From an uncultured Oscillospiraceae bacterium (GTDB lineage Bacteria > Bacillota > Clostridia > Christensenellales > Aristaeellaceae): 64,000 bases of DNA. The DNA is taken from contig CAZJEB010000007.1 of assembly GCA_964544955.1 (NCBI GenBank), positions 2,647 through 66,646 on the forward strand, given 5' to 3'. The notes under the pieces were generated by a model, which ran no database searches, was not told the DNA's origin, and saw only the letters and a list, made by a program, of their open reading frames with translations. This document shows positions 29,762-38,978 of the stretch, piece by piece. Each line of letters begins with the position of its first letter. Position 1 is the first letter of the stretch. The translations under genes and the position numbers were made by a program.

Positions 29762-32374
29762 TTATTTTTTTCTAATATATAGATTACTGTTTTCATCAAC
29801 ATCTACTAATAAAGTATCCCCTGCAGTTACGTTACCTTCAAGTATTGCCTTGGCAACCAAAGTTTCAACTTTACTTTGTAAATATCTTTTTAGCGGCCTT
29901 GCTCCATATACAGGATCAAAACCATTATCAATAATATTTTCTTTAGCTTTAGGGCTAACTTCAAGCATAAGCTCTTTATTATCCATACGGCTTTGCAATG
30001 TTTTAAGAAGTAAATCAACAATTTTTGATATCTCTGGCTTTGTTAAAGGCTTGAACATTAGAATTTCATCTATTCTATTTAAAAACTCAGGCCTAAATGC
30101 TTGTTTTAATGTTGCATTAACAGCATTTTGTGCTTCGGCAGATATTGTTCCATCATCATTTACGCCTTCTAACAAATACTGCGAACCAAGGTTGCTTGTC
30201 ATAATAATAATTGTATTACTAAAATCAACTGTTCTACCTTGAGAATCTGTAATTCTACCATCATCTAAAACTTGTAATAAAACATTAAATACATCAGGAT
30301 GTGCTTTTTCAATTTCATCAAGTAACACAACAGAGTAAGGTTTACGCCTTATGGCTTCAGTTAACTGCCCACCTTCATCATAACCAACATATCCTGGAGG
30401 TGCGCCTATTAGCCTAGAAACACTGAACTTTTCCATATACTCGCTCATGTCTATCCTAACAATGTTATGTTCATCATCAAACAATTGCTTTGCTAATTGT
30501 TTAGCCAATTCTGTTTTACCAACACCAGTAGGACCTAAGAATAGGAATGATCCTATCGGCCTTCCTTCAGGCGCAATTCCAGCTCGGCTTCTAAGTATTG
30601 CTTGTGAAACTTTTTCAACAGCTTCCTCTTGCCCTATAACACTTTCACCTATAATATTTTGAAGCTTTAACAGTTTTTCACGTTCTGTTTCTGCAAGCCT
30701 GGAAACTGGTATACCAGTCCATCTTGAAACTATCCTAGCAATTTCATCTTCGTTTACTTTATCCCTTAACAATCTATCATCATCTGTTATTTGAGCTTGT
30801 TCTGCAGCTTTTTCTTGTTCTTGTATCTCTTTTTGAAGCGCCGGAAGTTTCCCATATTTTAATTCTGCTGCTTTAGATAAATCGTAATCACGTTCTGCTT
30901 TTTCTATTTGAACGTTTAAATCATCCATTTGTTTACGCAAAACATTAACTTTTTCAATAATATGTTTTTCGCCTTCTAGCTTTTCCTTCATTCCATTGAA
31001 CTCTACCCTTAATTTTTTAAGCTCATCTTCAAGGTTTTCAAGGCGTTTTTTACTAGCTTCATCCGTTTCCTTTTTTAATGCTGCTTGTTCAATTTCAAGT
31101 TGCATTATTCTGCGAGAAATTTCATCCATTTCCGATGGCATACTATCAATTTCAGTTCTAATAAGCGCGCAAGCTTCATCAACTAAATCTATTGCCTTAT
31201 CAGGAAGAAATCTATCAGTAATATACCTGGATGATAGTTTTGCTGCTGCTACCAATGCAGCATCCGTAATTTTAACGCCGTGGAAAAGCTCATACCTTTC
31301 TTTTAATCCCCTTAGAATTGATATAGTATCTTCAACAGTAGGTTCATTCACCATAACTGGTTGAAAACGCCTTTCCAAAGCAGCATCTTTTTCTATATAT
31401 TTACGGTATTCATCAAGTGTTGTTGCGCCTATCATATGTAATTCGCCACGGGCAAGCATTGGTTTTAATAGGTTCCCTGCATCCATAGCTCCATCAGTTT
31501 TACCCATACCAACAATAAGGTGCATTTCATCAACAAAAAGTAAAATTCTACCATTACTTGATTTTATTTCGCTTAGAACTGCTTTTAATCTTTCCTCAAA
31601 TTCACCTCTATATTTTGCACCTGCAATTAAACTCCCCATATCTAAGCTAAAAATTTGTTTATCTTTTAGTGTTTCAGGAACATCTCCCCTTACAATTCTT
31701 ATTGCAAGCCCCTCGGCTATTGCAGTTTTACCTACGCCAGGTTCACCAATAAGCACAGGGTTATTTTTGGTTTTTCTTGATAATATTCTTACCAAACTTC
31801 TAATTTCTGTATCCCTACCAATAACCGGCTCAAGTTTTTGTTGTTTAGCCAATTCAACAAGGTCAACACCATATTTTTTTAATGCTTCATATGTTTCTTC
31901 AGGGGTATCTGTAGTAATTCTTTGTGTACCCCTTATGCTGCTCAAAGCTTTTAGAAAATCATCAATATTTAAATTATGCTTATTAAAAAATTGTTTCATT
32001 GCATAACTGGGTTTATCCATAATACCCATCCAAATATGTTCAACAGATAGGTATTCATCTTTCATGGCTTCCGCATATTTTTGGGCAGATAACATCGATT
32101 TTTCTACTTCGGGTGATATATAAATTTTATCTGGTTCCCTTCCTCCACCACTTACTTTGGGTAGCTTTGATACCATATCAGTAAGTTCTCTTATTATACC
32201 CAACACATTAAATTTATTGTTTGATAAAATGCTTGTTATTAAGGAATCATTATCCTCAACTAAGGCTAATGCTAAGTGTTGTTGTTCAACATTTGTATTT
32301 TGATATTCTACAGTTAGCTCTTGGGCTCTTTTTAGAGCTTCTGTTGATTTTTGTGTATATTGTAATTGTTTCAT
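29762..32374 (-). CDS. clpB: Chaperone disaggregase ClpB
   Basis: 870 aa with a Clp_N repeat, Walker A GEPGVGKTA and GPTGVGKTE, a long coiled-coil M-domain, and no ClpP-binding IGF loop seen. Confidence 0.93.
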   Translation of the reverse strand: MKQLQYTQKSTEALKRAQELTVEYQNTNVEQQHLALALVEDNDSLITSILSNNKFNVLGIIRELTDMVSKLPKVSGGGREPDKIYISPEVEKSMLSAQKYAEAMKDEYLSVEHIWMGIMDKPSYAMKQFFNKHNLNIDDFLKALSSIRGTQRITTDTPEETYEALKKYGVDLVELAKQQKLEPVIGRDTEIRSLVRILSRKTKNNPVLIGEPGVGKTAIAEGLAIRIVRGDVPETLKDKQIFSLDMGSLIAGAKYRGEFEERLKAVLSEIKSSNGRILLFVDEMHLIVGMGKTDGAMDAGNLLKPMLARGELHMIGATTLDEYRKYIEKDAALERRFQPVMVNEPTVEDTISILRGLKERYELFHGVKITDAALVAAAKLSSRYITDRFLPDKAIDLVDEACALIRTEIDSMPSEMDEISRRIMQLEIEQAALKKETDEASKKRLENLEDELKKLRVEFNGMKEKLEGEKHIIEKVNVLRKQMDDLNVQIEKAERDYDLSKAAELKYGKLPALQKEIQEQEKAAEQAQITDDDRLLRDKVNEDEIARIVSRWTGIPVSRLAETEREKLLKLQNIIGESVIGQEEAVEKVSQAILRSRAGIAPEGRPIGSFLFLGPTGVGKTELAKQLAKQLFDDEHNIVRIDMSEYMEKFSVSRLIGAPPGYVGYDEGGQLTEAIRRKPYSVVLLDEIEKAHPDVFNVLLQVLDDGRITDSQGRTVDFSNTIIIMTSNLGSQYLLEGVNDDGTISAEAQNAVNATLKQAFRPEFLNRIDEILMFKPLTKPEISKIVDLLLKTLQSRMDNKELMLEVSPKAKENIIDNGFDPVYGARPLKRYLQSKVETLVAKAILEGNVTAGDTLLVDVDENSNLYIRKK

Positions 32375-32410
32375 AATAGAACCTCCATTATTTCAAAATA
32401 AATGTAGGAC

Positions 32411-32427
32411 TTTGACCTTCTTTGACC
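32411..32427 (-). promoter_or_regulatory. CtsR operator upstream of clpB
   Basis: Minus strand reads GGTCAAAGAAGGTCAAA, a perfect tandem heptad (consensus A/GGTCAAA-NAN-A/GGTCAAA). It sits just downstream of a TTGACA / 16 nt / TAAAAT promoter. Confidence 0.85.
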
Positions 32428-32604
32428 TACAATTTAATTTTATCACATTTAAGGCCTTTGTCAATGGTTTTAACTTATTTTTCTTATTTTTTTGTAAAAT
32501 TTTTTAGTTTTAATAAATGCAAGTTGATAATCCATTTATTTTATGGTAAAGTACTTTGAGAGTACTATGCTCAAAGGTTTAGTGCTTAAGAATATGGAGT
32601 ATAT

Positions 32605-34770
32605 ATGGAACAGCTAATTAATAAACTTATTGCAGAAAATGAAATTGATAGTAGTGCTTTTTTTGTTATAGAAGAGTACATTATTAATGATGCACTAAAA
32701 TATAAAGTTAGTTATATAAGCGATAATATAAAAAAAGCTTTTAAAGATATAATATATATTGGTGAATTGCAAAATCAATTTCCAAATTACTATAGCGATT
32801 TTTTAGAAACATTTAACGAAGCAGCAAAAAGTAAAAGCTCAAAAAGCATGCAAATTTCTATTAACAACAATGATTTAGAACTATCAATAAAAAGTTTTGA
32901 TAAGCCAGATAGTATGCGTGTTTTTATATGCGATATTCAAAATTTTGATAGTTTAATAGATAACGAAAAAGAATTAGGACTTTTTGTTGAATATATAAAA
33001 TATCATAACGATGATGAGTTAAGCATATTTGAAACTTCTTCTATATTTGCAAAACTATTAGCATATGACGAATACAACGGTAAATCACTTTATAGCTTTT
33101 TAGAAGGCGATAACTATAAGTTGGCATTAAAGGAATTAACAAAATTATCTTTAATAGATGGAAAAACTATTAATACTGAACTTAATTTTGTTTCAAATAA
33201 TGGCGAAATAATCAGTTTACATATAATATCAGAATATATTAAAAATGATGATTACTGGAACGCTATTCTAATGCCCTTATCAACAAACAGTAATATTGTA
33301 GATATGATAACTAACAGCTCCCCCATTGGCGTTGTTGCGTTTGATATAGATAGCAAAGAGATATTATATAAAAATACTTACGCTTACGAAATATTAACAA
33401 AAAACAATTGGATAGAAAACGATGAATCCTACTTTAAGCACATAAACAACGATTTTTATGCAATTGTACTTAAAGCAAATAGTAAAGATGATAATACCCT
33501 TATAGTAAAGTTAAGAGATGGTACCGAAATATATAGTATCTTTTCTAAACTAATGGTTTTTGGCAGTAAAAATATCAATATTTTATATATTACAAACATA
33601 ACTAACAGCTATAATGATGCTAAAAAAGAAAGCGAACGAAGCCAACAACTAGAGGATCTTATAAACAACTCACCAGGTGCAGTATGTTTATTTAAGTGGG
33701 ATGGTGGCACAGTAAAACCCGTTGTTATTGGTGAGGTTTTTATTGAACTTTTAGGTGTGCCTTATGAAAAAATAATGGAAAATAACATCTCCGCATTTTT
33801 TAAGGCCGTACACCCAGAAGAACTTTTTGCTTTTACTACTGAAATTAGGCGTATGTTATACGAAACTAAAAGTTTACACGGTGTTTTTAGATTATTTAAC
33901 TTTAGTGAGGAAAAATATCATTCTGTTTTAATAGATGCAAGATGCGTACCTCAGAAAGATGGTACACAATTTATAAATTCTTGCTTTACTGACGTAAGCG
34001 ACGAAATAGAAAAATCCAACTTATTAAGCGAAGCATCTTCAAAAATTAAATTACTATATGAACATATTCCTGGAGCCATATTTAGTTGCAAAATAGATAG
34101 TAACTGGAGTTTGATTTATGCAAATGAAGAATTCTATTCTTTCTTAGGCTACAACGAAAGCAGTTTTAGAAAAATGTATGGAACAAAGCTTTTAAGCCTT
34201 ATGTTTGAAGAAGAATCTAAAAAGCTATCCGAGGCAGCTATATCTAGAATGAAAAGCCATAGCAAAACCCATATATTAATGGAAATGAGGCTAAAAACCA
34301 CGCTTGGTATAAAGTGGGTTTCCTTAAGTGGCGAAGTTCTTGAAGATGAAGATTCAATACCTTATTGTTATTTTGTATTTGTTGATATAACAGAGTTTAA
34401 GCAAAATCAAATTAAACAAGAAAAAGAACATACTATGCTTACAGAGTTGCTAGCCGCATTGCCTTGTGGTATGATTGTTTTTGAACCGAATGAAGATCCA
34501 AAAATTAATTTTGTAAATGACATTGCTAGCGAGATATTAGGTTATGAAAATAAAACTAATATGCTAAACAACAACAGTTATTTATATTCATATATAAGCA
34601 ACGAAAGCAAGGAAACTATTAAGAACTTCAATAAAAGCAGTAAAAATATTGAAGATTTATTCTTTATTAACAATGAAGGAACTGAAATAAAAACCAAATC
34701 ATCTTTATATTTAAGCGATAATGAAGATGGAAAAGAAATGGTTTATTTAATATTCTATAAATACTTTTAA
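32605..34770 (+). CDS. Cytoplasmic multi-PAS-domain protein without a recognisable output domain
   Basis: 721 aa with at least three PAS-like modules (for example NNSPGAVCLF...VHPEEL...FTDVSDEIE and HIPGAIFSC...GYNESSF...FVDITEFKQ). No TM segment and no HisKA, GGDEF, EAL or HTH region seen. Confidence 0.6.
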   Translation: MEQLINKLIAENEIDSSAFFVIEEYIINDALKYKVSYISDNIKKAFKDIIYIGELQNQFPNYYSDFLETFNEAAKSKSSKSMQISINNNDLELSIKSFDKPDSMRVFICDIQNFDSLIDNEKELGLFVEYIKYHNDDELSIFETSSIFAKLLAYDEYNGKSLYSFLEGDNYKLALKELTKLSLIDGKTINTELNFVSNNGEIISLHIISEYIKNDDYWNAILMPLSTNSNIVDMITNSSPIGVVAFDIDSKEILYKNTYAYEILTKNNWIENDESYFKHINNDFYAIVLKANSKDDNTLIVKLRDGTEIYSIFSKLMVFGSKNINILYITNITNSYNDAKKESERSQQLEDLINNSPGAVCLFKWDGGTVKPVVIGEVFIELLGVPYEKIMENNISAFFKAVHPEELFAFTTEIRRMLYETKSLHGVFRLFNFSEEKYHSVLIDARCVPQKDGTQFINSCFTDVSDEIEKSNLLSEASSKIKLLYEHIPGAIFSCKIDSNWSLIYANEEFYSFLGYNESSFRKMYGTKLLSLMFEEESKKLSEAAISRMKSHSKTHILMEMRLKTTLGIKWVSLSGEVLEDEDSIPYCYFVFVDITEFKQNQIKQEKEHTMLTELLAALPCGMIVFEPNEDPKINFVNDIASEILGYENKTNMLNNNSYLYSYISNESKETIKNFNKSSKNIEDLFFINNEGTEIKTKSSLYLSDNEDGKEMVYLIFYKYF

Positions 34771-34874
34771 TAAATTTCTTAAAAACAATAGAATATTTTT
34801 GAATTTTAATTAATGAATAATTGTTTTATTTCATTTTTTAATAGGGTAATATTATTTAGGGGGAATTTTTTTAA

Positions 34875-35651
34875 ATGCCAAGAACTGCAAGAGCAAAAAG
34901 CGATACTGGTTTCTACCATATTCTGCTTACAAGTGTTGCTGATAGGCAACTGTTCATCGACCGTGAAGATTATCACGAATTTTTAGACATATTAAAGGAT
35001 AATGCTGATAGGTTCCCATGTTTTGTATGTGCATATTCTTTAATGAAGGACCATGCGCATATATTAATACAAGTTCCTGAAAACAATCCTGGTGCCTTTA
35101 TTAAGCGGGTAACTACAAAATATGCTTTTTATATCAACAAAAAAACTGGCCAAAGTGGAACAATATTTTACGATAGATTCAAAAGCAAACCTTTAAATAC
35201 TGTTGGTGAATATAGTGAAACTTTGGTTGGAATACATAGAGCACCAGCTGATTTAAAGTTGATTAAAGACTTTGTGGGTTACCCATATAGTAGTTATAAA
35301 GAATATGTTAACGAAAACTCAAGCAAATACATAAACCCAACAATTACAAATAACATGTTAAGTAAAAAGCAATTCATACTTTTACATGAAAGCCCAACCG
35401 TTAGCGACTTTATGAAATTAACCAGATTTAGAGGCTTTATTAGCGACGGGGACGCTGAGAAGCAAGCAAAGGATATTCTAGGCGATTATTTTGGAAACAT
35501 TAATGAGCTTGATGATAATCAAAAATTGGATTATATTGTAAAAATGACTAAAAAAAGGCTTAGTGTTAGGCAAATGGTTCTTTATACAGGTATGAAAAAT
35601 ACCAAAATTATTGCTTTACAGAAAAAAGCAACAGAAAAAGAATTAATATAA
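34875..35651 (+). CDS. HUH/Y1 transposase-like (IS200/RayT, COG1943-type) protein with a C-terminal helix-turn-helix-like tail
   Basis: GFYHILLTSV...AYSLMKDHAHILIQV contains the HUH motif HAH. Also FYDRFKSKP and YPYSSYKEY. VGIHRAP sits where this family has RYIHxNP. No flanking hairpins or inverted repeats. Confidence 0.65.
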   Translation: MPRTARAKSDTGFYHILLTSVADRQLFIDREDYHEFLDILKDNADRFPCFVCAYSLMKDHAHILIQVPENNPGAFIKRVTTKYAFYINKKTGQSGTIFYDRFKSKPLNTVGEYSETLVGIHRAPADLKLIKDFVGYPYSSYKEYVNENSSKYINPTITNNMLSKKQFILLHESPTVSDFMKLTRFRGFISDGDAEKQAKDILGDYFGNINELDDNQKLDYIVKMTKKRLSVRQMVLYTGMKNTKIIALQKKATEKELI

Positions 35652-35654
35652 AAT

Positions 35655-35682
35655 AAAAACTCACAGTTAACTGTGAGTTTTT
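35655..35682. terminator. Bidirectional intrinsic terminator
   Basis: AAAAACTCACAG-TTAA-CTGTGAGTTTTT between the convergent Y1-like and ktrA genes. Confidence 0.8.
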
Positions 35683-35685
35683 TTA

Positions 35686-36348
35686 TTATGAATTAATGTC
35701 GTCTAAGTCATCCACATCATCTGTTTTGCCTAAAACAAGAATATTATCATTCTTTTTAAATATTGTTGAAGGCAATGGCGATACTATAAAATCATCTTCC
35801 CTATTTATTGCCAAAACATTTATTTTGTACTTTTTACGAACATCAATTTCTACTATGGATTTGCCACACCATTCTTCTGGAACATGTATTTCCGCTATCC
35901 TAAAATCATCATGCAATTCCATTAAATCTAGCACATTGTTGCTTACCATTGATTTGGCTACCCTAATACCAGTATCTCTCTCAGGGAACACCACCCTATC
36001 AACACCAAGTTGGCGAAGAACTTTTGCATGTATATTATCGTTTGCTTTTGCAATTATTTGCTTTGCTTCTAATTCTTTTAACATCATACATACTAAAATT
36101 GAAGCTTTTAAGTCTTCACCTACTGCCACAACACAGGCATCAAAATTCCTTATGCCCATTGACTTAAGTGTAGCTTCATCGGTTATATTTGCTTGAACTG
36201 CTTGAGTTACAAACTCTGTTGCACGCTCAACTTTATCAGCATCACTATCCACTGCTAAAGCTTCATGCCCTAAATCACATATAGTTTTTGCAACGCTATT
36301 TCCAAAACTACCTAAGCCAAGTATTAAAAATTGTTTATTTTTTTTCAT
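35686..36348 (-). CDS. ktrA: K+ uptake system peripheral subunit (KtrA/TrkA, RCK domains)
   Basis: 220 aa with Rossmann motif ILGLGSFG and a C-terminal TrkA_C-like domain, downstream of the TrkH-family gene. Confidence 0.85.
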   Translation of the reverse strand: MKKNKQFLILGLGSFGNSVAKTICDLGHEALAVDSDADKVERATEFVTQAVQANITDEATLKSMGIRNFDACVVAVGEDLKASILVCMMLKELEAKQIIAKANDNIHAKVLRQLGVDRVVFPERDTGIRVAKSMVSNNVLDLMELHDDFRIAEIHVPEEWCGKSIVEIDVRKKYKINVLAINREDDFIVSPLPSTIFKKNDNILVLGKTDDVDDLDDINS

Positions 36349-36357
36349 AATTTCTCC

Positions 36358-37725
36358 TTAACCTATAAGAATTCTTTCTTCAGGGTATTGAATTTTTGAT
36401 TTTGCATTTTGTTTTGAAGCTAGGGCTACTGCCAATGTAAGTGGACCAACCCTACCAAGGTACATTAAAATAATCAATGTTATTTGTGAGGGAACACTAA
36501 AGCTTGCTGTGCCAACGCTAGTAACACCAACGGTTGCCATTGCTGATACTGCCTCAAACATAATATCTATAAGTTGCTTACCCGTGTGCCTTTCAAAAAT
36601 ACTAATTAAAAAAGATGAAAATAATAGTAATAATAAATAAATTAAAACAATTGCCGATGAGCGATTCAACTGTTTTGTATTTACTGTTTTATCAAATATT
36701 TTTACATCATCATAACCCCTTATAATATACCACATTTCTAACATTAGTATAAAAGTAGTGCTTGTTTTTACACCGCCACCAGTGGATGTTGGTGATGCAC
36801 CAATAAACATTAATATTACAGAAATTAATTTACCTGCATTTGTTAAATGAGCTTGATCAAGCGAAGCGTAACCTGCAGTTCTTAGTGTTGTTGACTGAAA
36901 AAATGTGTTTACACTTCTATTAAAAAAATTATCATTAGTTTTTGCCCATAAAGGAGTATTATCAATTTCCGTTATATAAAATATTGCAGTACCGAACAAT
37001 AATAAAAAGACCGTTGCTACAATAACTATTTTGGAGTGCAATCTAAGTTTTTTAAACTTTAACTTATTATTAATTAAATCGCTAATAACTAGAAAACCCA
37101 AACCACCAAATATTATTAAAAATGAAATTGTTAATAATACAAGGGGATCGTTTGAAAAATTAGTTAAAGATTCATAATTTCCAAACAAATCAAACCCCGC
37201 GTTACAAAAAGCACTTATTGAGTGAAATAACCCAAAAGCTATCCCCTGCTTTAACCCAAACATTGGAACAAAACGAATTGATAACAAAATTGCACCAATT
37301 AATTCAAAAGATAATGCTATTATAACAACTTTAAGGCTTAACTTAACAACACCTGTAAGGCTATCAATATTGAAAGTATCCCTAAGTAACATTCTGTTTT
37401 TTAAAGAAATTCTTTTACCTAAGGCAATTAAAATAAGCGTTGCAAATATCATGAACCCTAGCCCACCAATTTGTATTAGTGTTATAATAATAACATGGCC
37501 AAGGGTTGAAAATGCTGTACCTGTATCAACAGTTATTAAACCAGTAACACATGTTGCTGATGTTGATGTAAATAGTGCATTTAAAAAACCAACTGATTCA
37601 CCAGTACTTGAACTTTGAGGCAAAGATAATAATAACGCGCCTAAGAAAATAATAAATGCAAAGCCCGCAACCAACATTTTATCAGCAGAGATTGGCTTAT
37701 TCCTTACGCGACTTTCATATTCCAA
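36358..37725 (-). CDS. ktrB: K+ transporter membrane subunit (KtrB/TrkH family)
   Basis: Polytopic protein with repeated pore-loop-like TATCVTGL / SAFCNAGF / TTLRTAGY / PTSTGGG motifs. The start is uncertain: TTG 37725 lies 6 nt after AGAGGTG, and the track uses GTG 37734. Confidence 0.8.
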   Translation of the reverse strand: MEYESRVRNKPISADKMLVAGFAFIIFLGALLLSLPQSSSTGESVGFLNALFTSTSATCVTGLITVDTGTAFSTLGHVIIITLIQIGGLGFMIFATLILIALGKRISLKNRMLLRDTFNIDSLTGVVKLSLKVVIIALSFELIGAILLSIRFVPMFGLKQGIAFGLFHSISAFCNAGFDLFGNYESLTNFSNDPLVLLTISFLIIFGGLGFLVISDLINNKLKFKKLRLHSKIVIVATVFLLLFGTAIFYITEIDNTPLWAKTNDNFFNRSVNTFFQSTTLRTAGYASLDQAHLTNAGKLISVILMFIGASPTSTGGGVKTSTTFILMLEMWYIIRGYDDVKIFDKTVNTKQLNRSSAIVLIYLLLLLFSSFLISIFERHTGKQLIDIMFEAVSAMATVGVTSVGTASFSVPSQITLIILMYLGRVGPLTLAVALASKQNAKSKIQYPEERILIG

Positions 37726-37903
37726 AAAAAGCACCTCTTTTTTGTTTAGTATTTAAATAATATGTCATCATTGTAATTATACACTAATCCGTGATAAAAT
37801 AAAGAAAAATATTTTTTTATCTATTATTATGTTTCAAAACAAAACGAAGTGTTTATATAATATAGGCAAGGATTAATAATCCATGTATAACGGAGGATAG
37901 ACA

Positions 37904-38377
37904 ATGATAAGAACCGGTAAAGTTGTTGCTAACAATGATGGTAACTGTGATATTGAGTTTGTTAGGTTGGAAGCCTGTGGTAAATGTGGTGGATGTAAAT
38001 TAAATAATACTCCCGCACAGCTAACTATTCAAGGCGACTATAATGTTGGTGATTATGTTGATGTTAGTTTGCCTAACGAACAGTTTTTAAAAGCAACAGC
38101 CGTAGCATATTTAATACCGCTTATAGGTTTGGTAATTGGCCTAGTTTTAGGAAATTACATACCAAAATATTTTGGTATAGAAGCAAGTGATATTACAACC
38201 TTAGTTGGTGGCGTTATCGGTTTAGCATTAAGCATGCTTGGTTTAGGGCTAAGCGAAAGGCTTAGAAAGAAGCCTGCTGTATGGGAACCACATATTGTTG
38301 GTAAGGTTGTTGATCCTTCCTGTACAGGGATACCTGCGTTTACAATGGAATCAATAAGAAACATTAAAGGAGAATAA
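37904..38377 (+). CDS. RseC/MucC-family (SoxR-reducing-system-like) membrane protein
   Basis: N-terminal GKVV...CDIEFVRLEACGKCGGC followed by two TM helices. GGAGG precedes the ATG. Confidence 0.6.
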   Translation: MIRTGKVVANNDGNCDIEFVRLEACGKCGGCKLNNTPAQLTIQGDYNVGDYVDVSLPNEQFLKATAVAYLIPLIGLVIGLVLGNYIPKYFGIEASDITTLVGGVIGLALSMLGLGLSERLRKKPAVWEPHIVGKVVDPSCTGIPAFTMESIRNIKGE

Positions 38378-38379
38378 TT

Positions 38380-38697
38380 ATGTCAGTACAATTAATGGAA
38401 AGCGAATTTGAAGCAAAGGTTTTAAAAAATGATAAACCAGTATTAGTAGATTTTACAGCAACATGGTGTGGTCCATGTAGGATGTTGGCACCAACAATTG
38501 ATAAATTAGCAGAAGAAATGGCTGGTAAAGCTGATGTTTACAAAGTAGACGTTGACGCTAACCCAGGTTTAGCTCAACGCTATGGTGTAATGAGCATACC
38601 AACTATTATTGCATTTAAAAACGGAGAAGCAAAAGAAAAAGCTGTTGGTTTAACACAAAAAGCTAACCTTGAAAACATGTTAAACAAATTAATGTAA
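38380..38697 (+). CDS. trxA: Thioredoxin
   Basis: 105 aa with WCGPC active site. Confidence 0.95.
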   Translation: MSVQLMESEFEAKVLKNDKPVLVDFTATWCGPCRMLAPTIDKLAEEMAGKADVYKVDVDANPGLAQRYGVMSIPTIIAFKNGEAKEKAVGLTQKANLENMLNKLM

Positions 38698-38716
38698 TTT
38701 AAATAAAATATTACTT

Positions 38717-38745
38717 AAAAATGTTCGGATAAACCGAACATTTTT
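38717..38745 (+). terminator. Intrinsic terminator after trxA
   Basis: AAAAATGTTCGG-ATAAA-CCGAACATTTTT. Confidence 0.8.
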
Positions 38746-38978
38746 TAGTTTGTATTTTTTTTATATCATATTTCCCTATTTGCTATGGTAATAAGCCTTT
38801 ACCTGTGTTATAATTAGTTAAGATTAAAAACATTATAGCATTATGTGTTTTTTTAAATGCAAATTTATTTTTGTACTTTTATAGTTGTGCAAATTTATAT
38901 TTCATATGTTTTCTATGTTTGAATCAAATATCGCATGATATTAATATATTTTTATTTAAAAATGAAAGGAGGGTTCTT

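Noticed and set aside
29757-32006. Several plus-strand ORFs (161, 71, 122 and 79 aa) antisense to clpB
   Set aside because: They lie entirely inside a very well supported ClpB frame. Their Ser/Leu-rich translations are typical of antisense reading, and they lack start contexts.
34875-35651. Active IS200/IS605 insertion sequence
   Set aside because: There are no subterminal hairpins, no tnpB and no repeats at the borders. The catalytic Tyr motif appears lost, so it is reported as a domesticated gene and not a mobile element.
35696-36196. 166-aa plus-strand ORF antisense to ktrA
   Set aside because: This shadow ORF lies inside a confidently identified RCK-domain gene. It would also begin inside the bidirectional terminator.
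37735-37903. Possible c-di-AMP (ydaO-type) riboswitch upstream of ktrB
   Set aside because: The leader is short and very AT-rich, and I could not find the conserved G/C-rich pseudo-symmetric core by eye. A covariance-model scan would be needed to exclude it fully.
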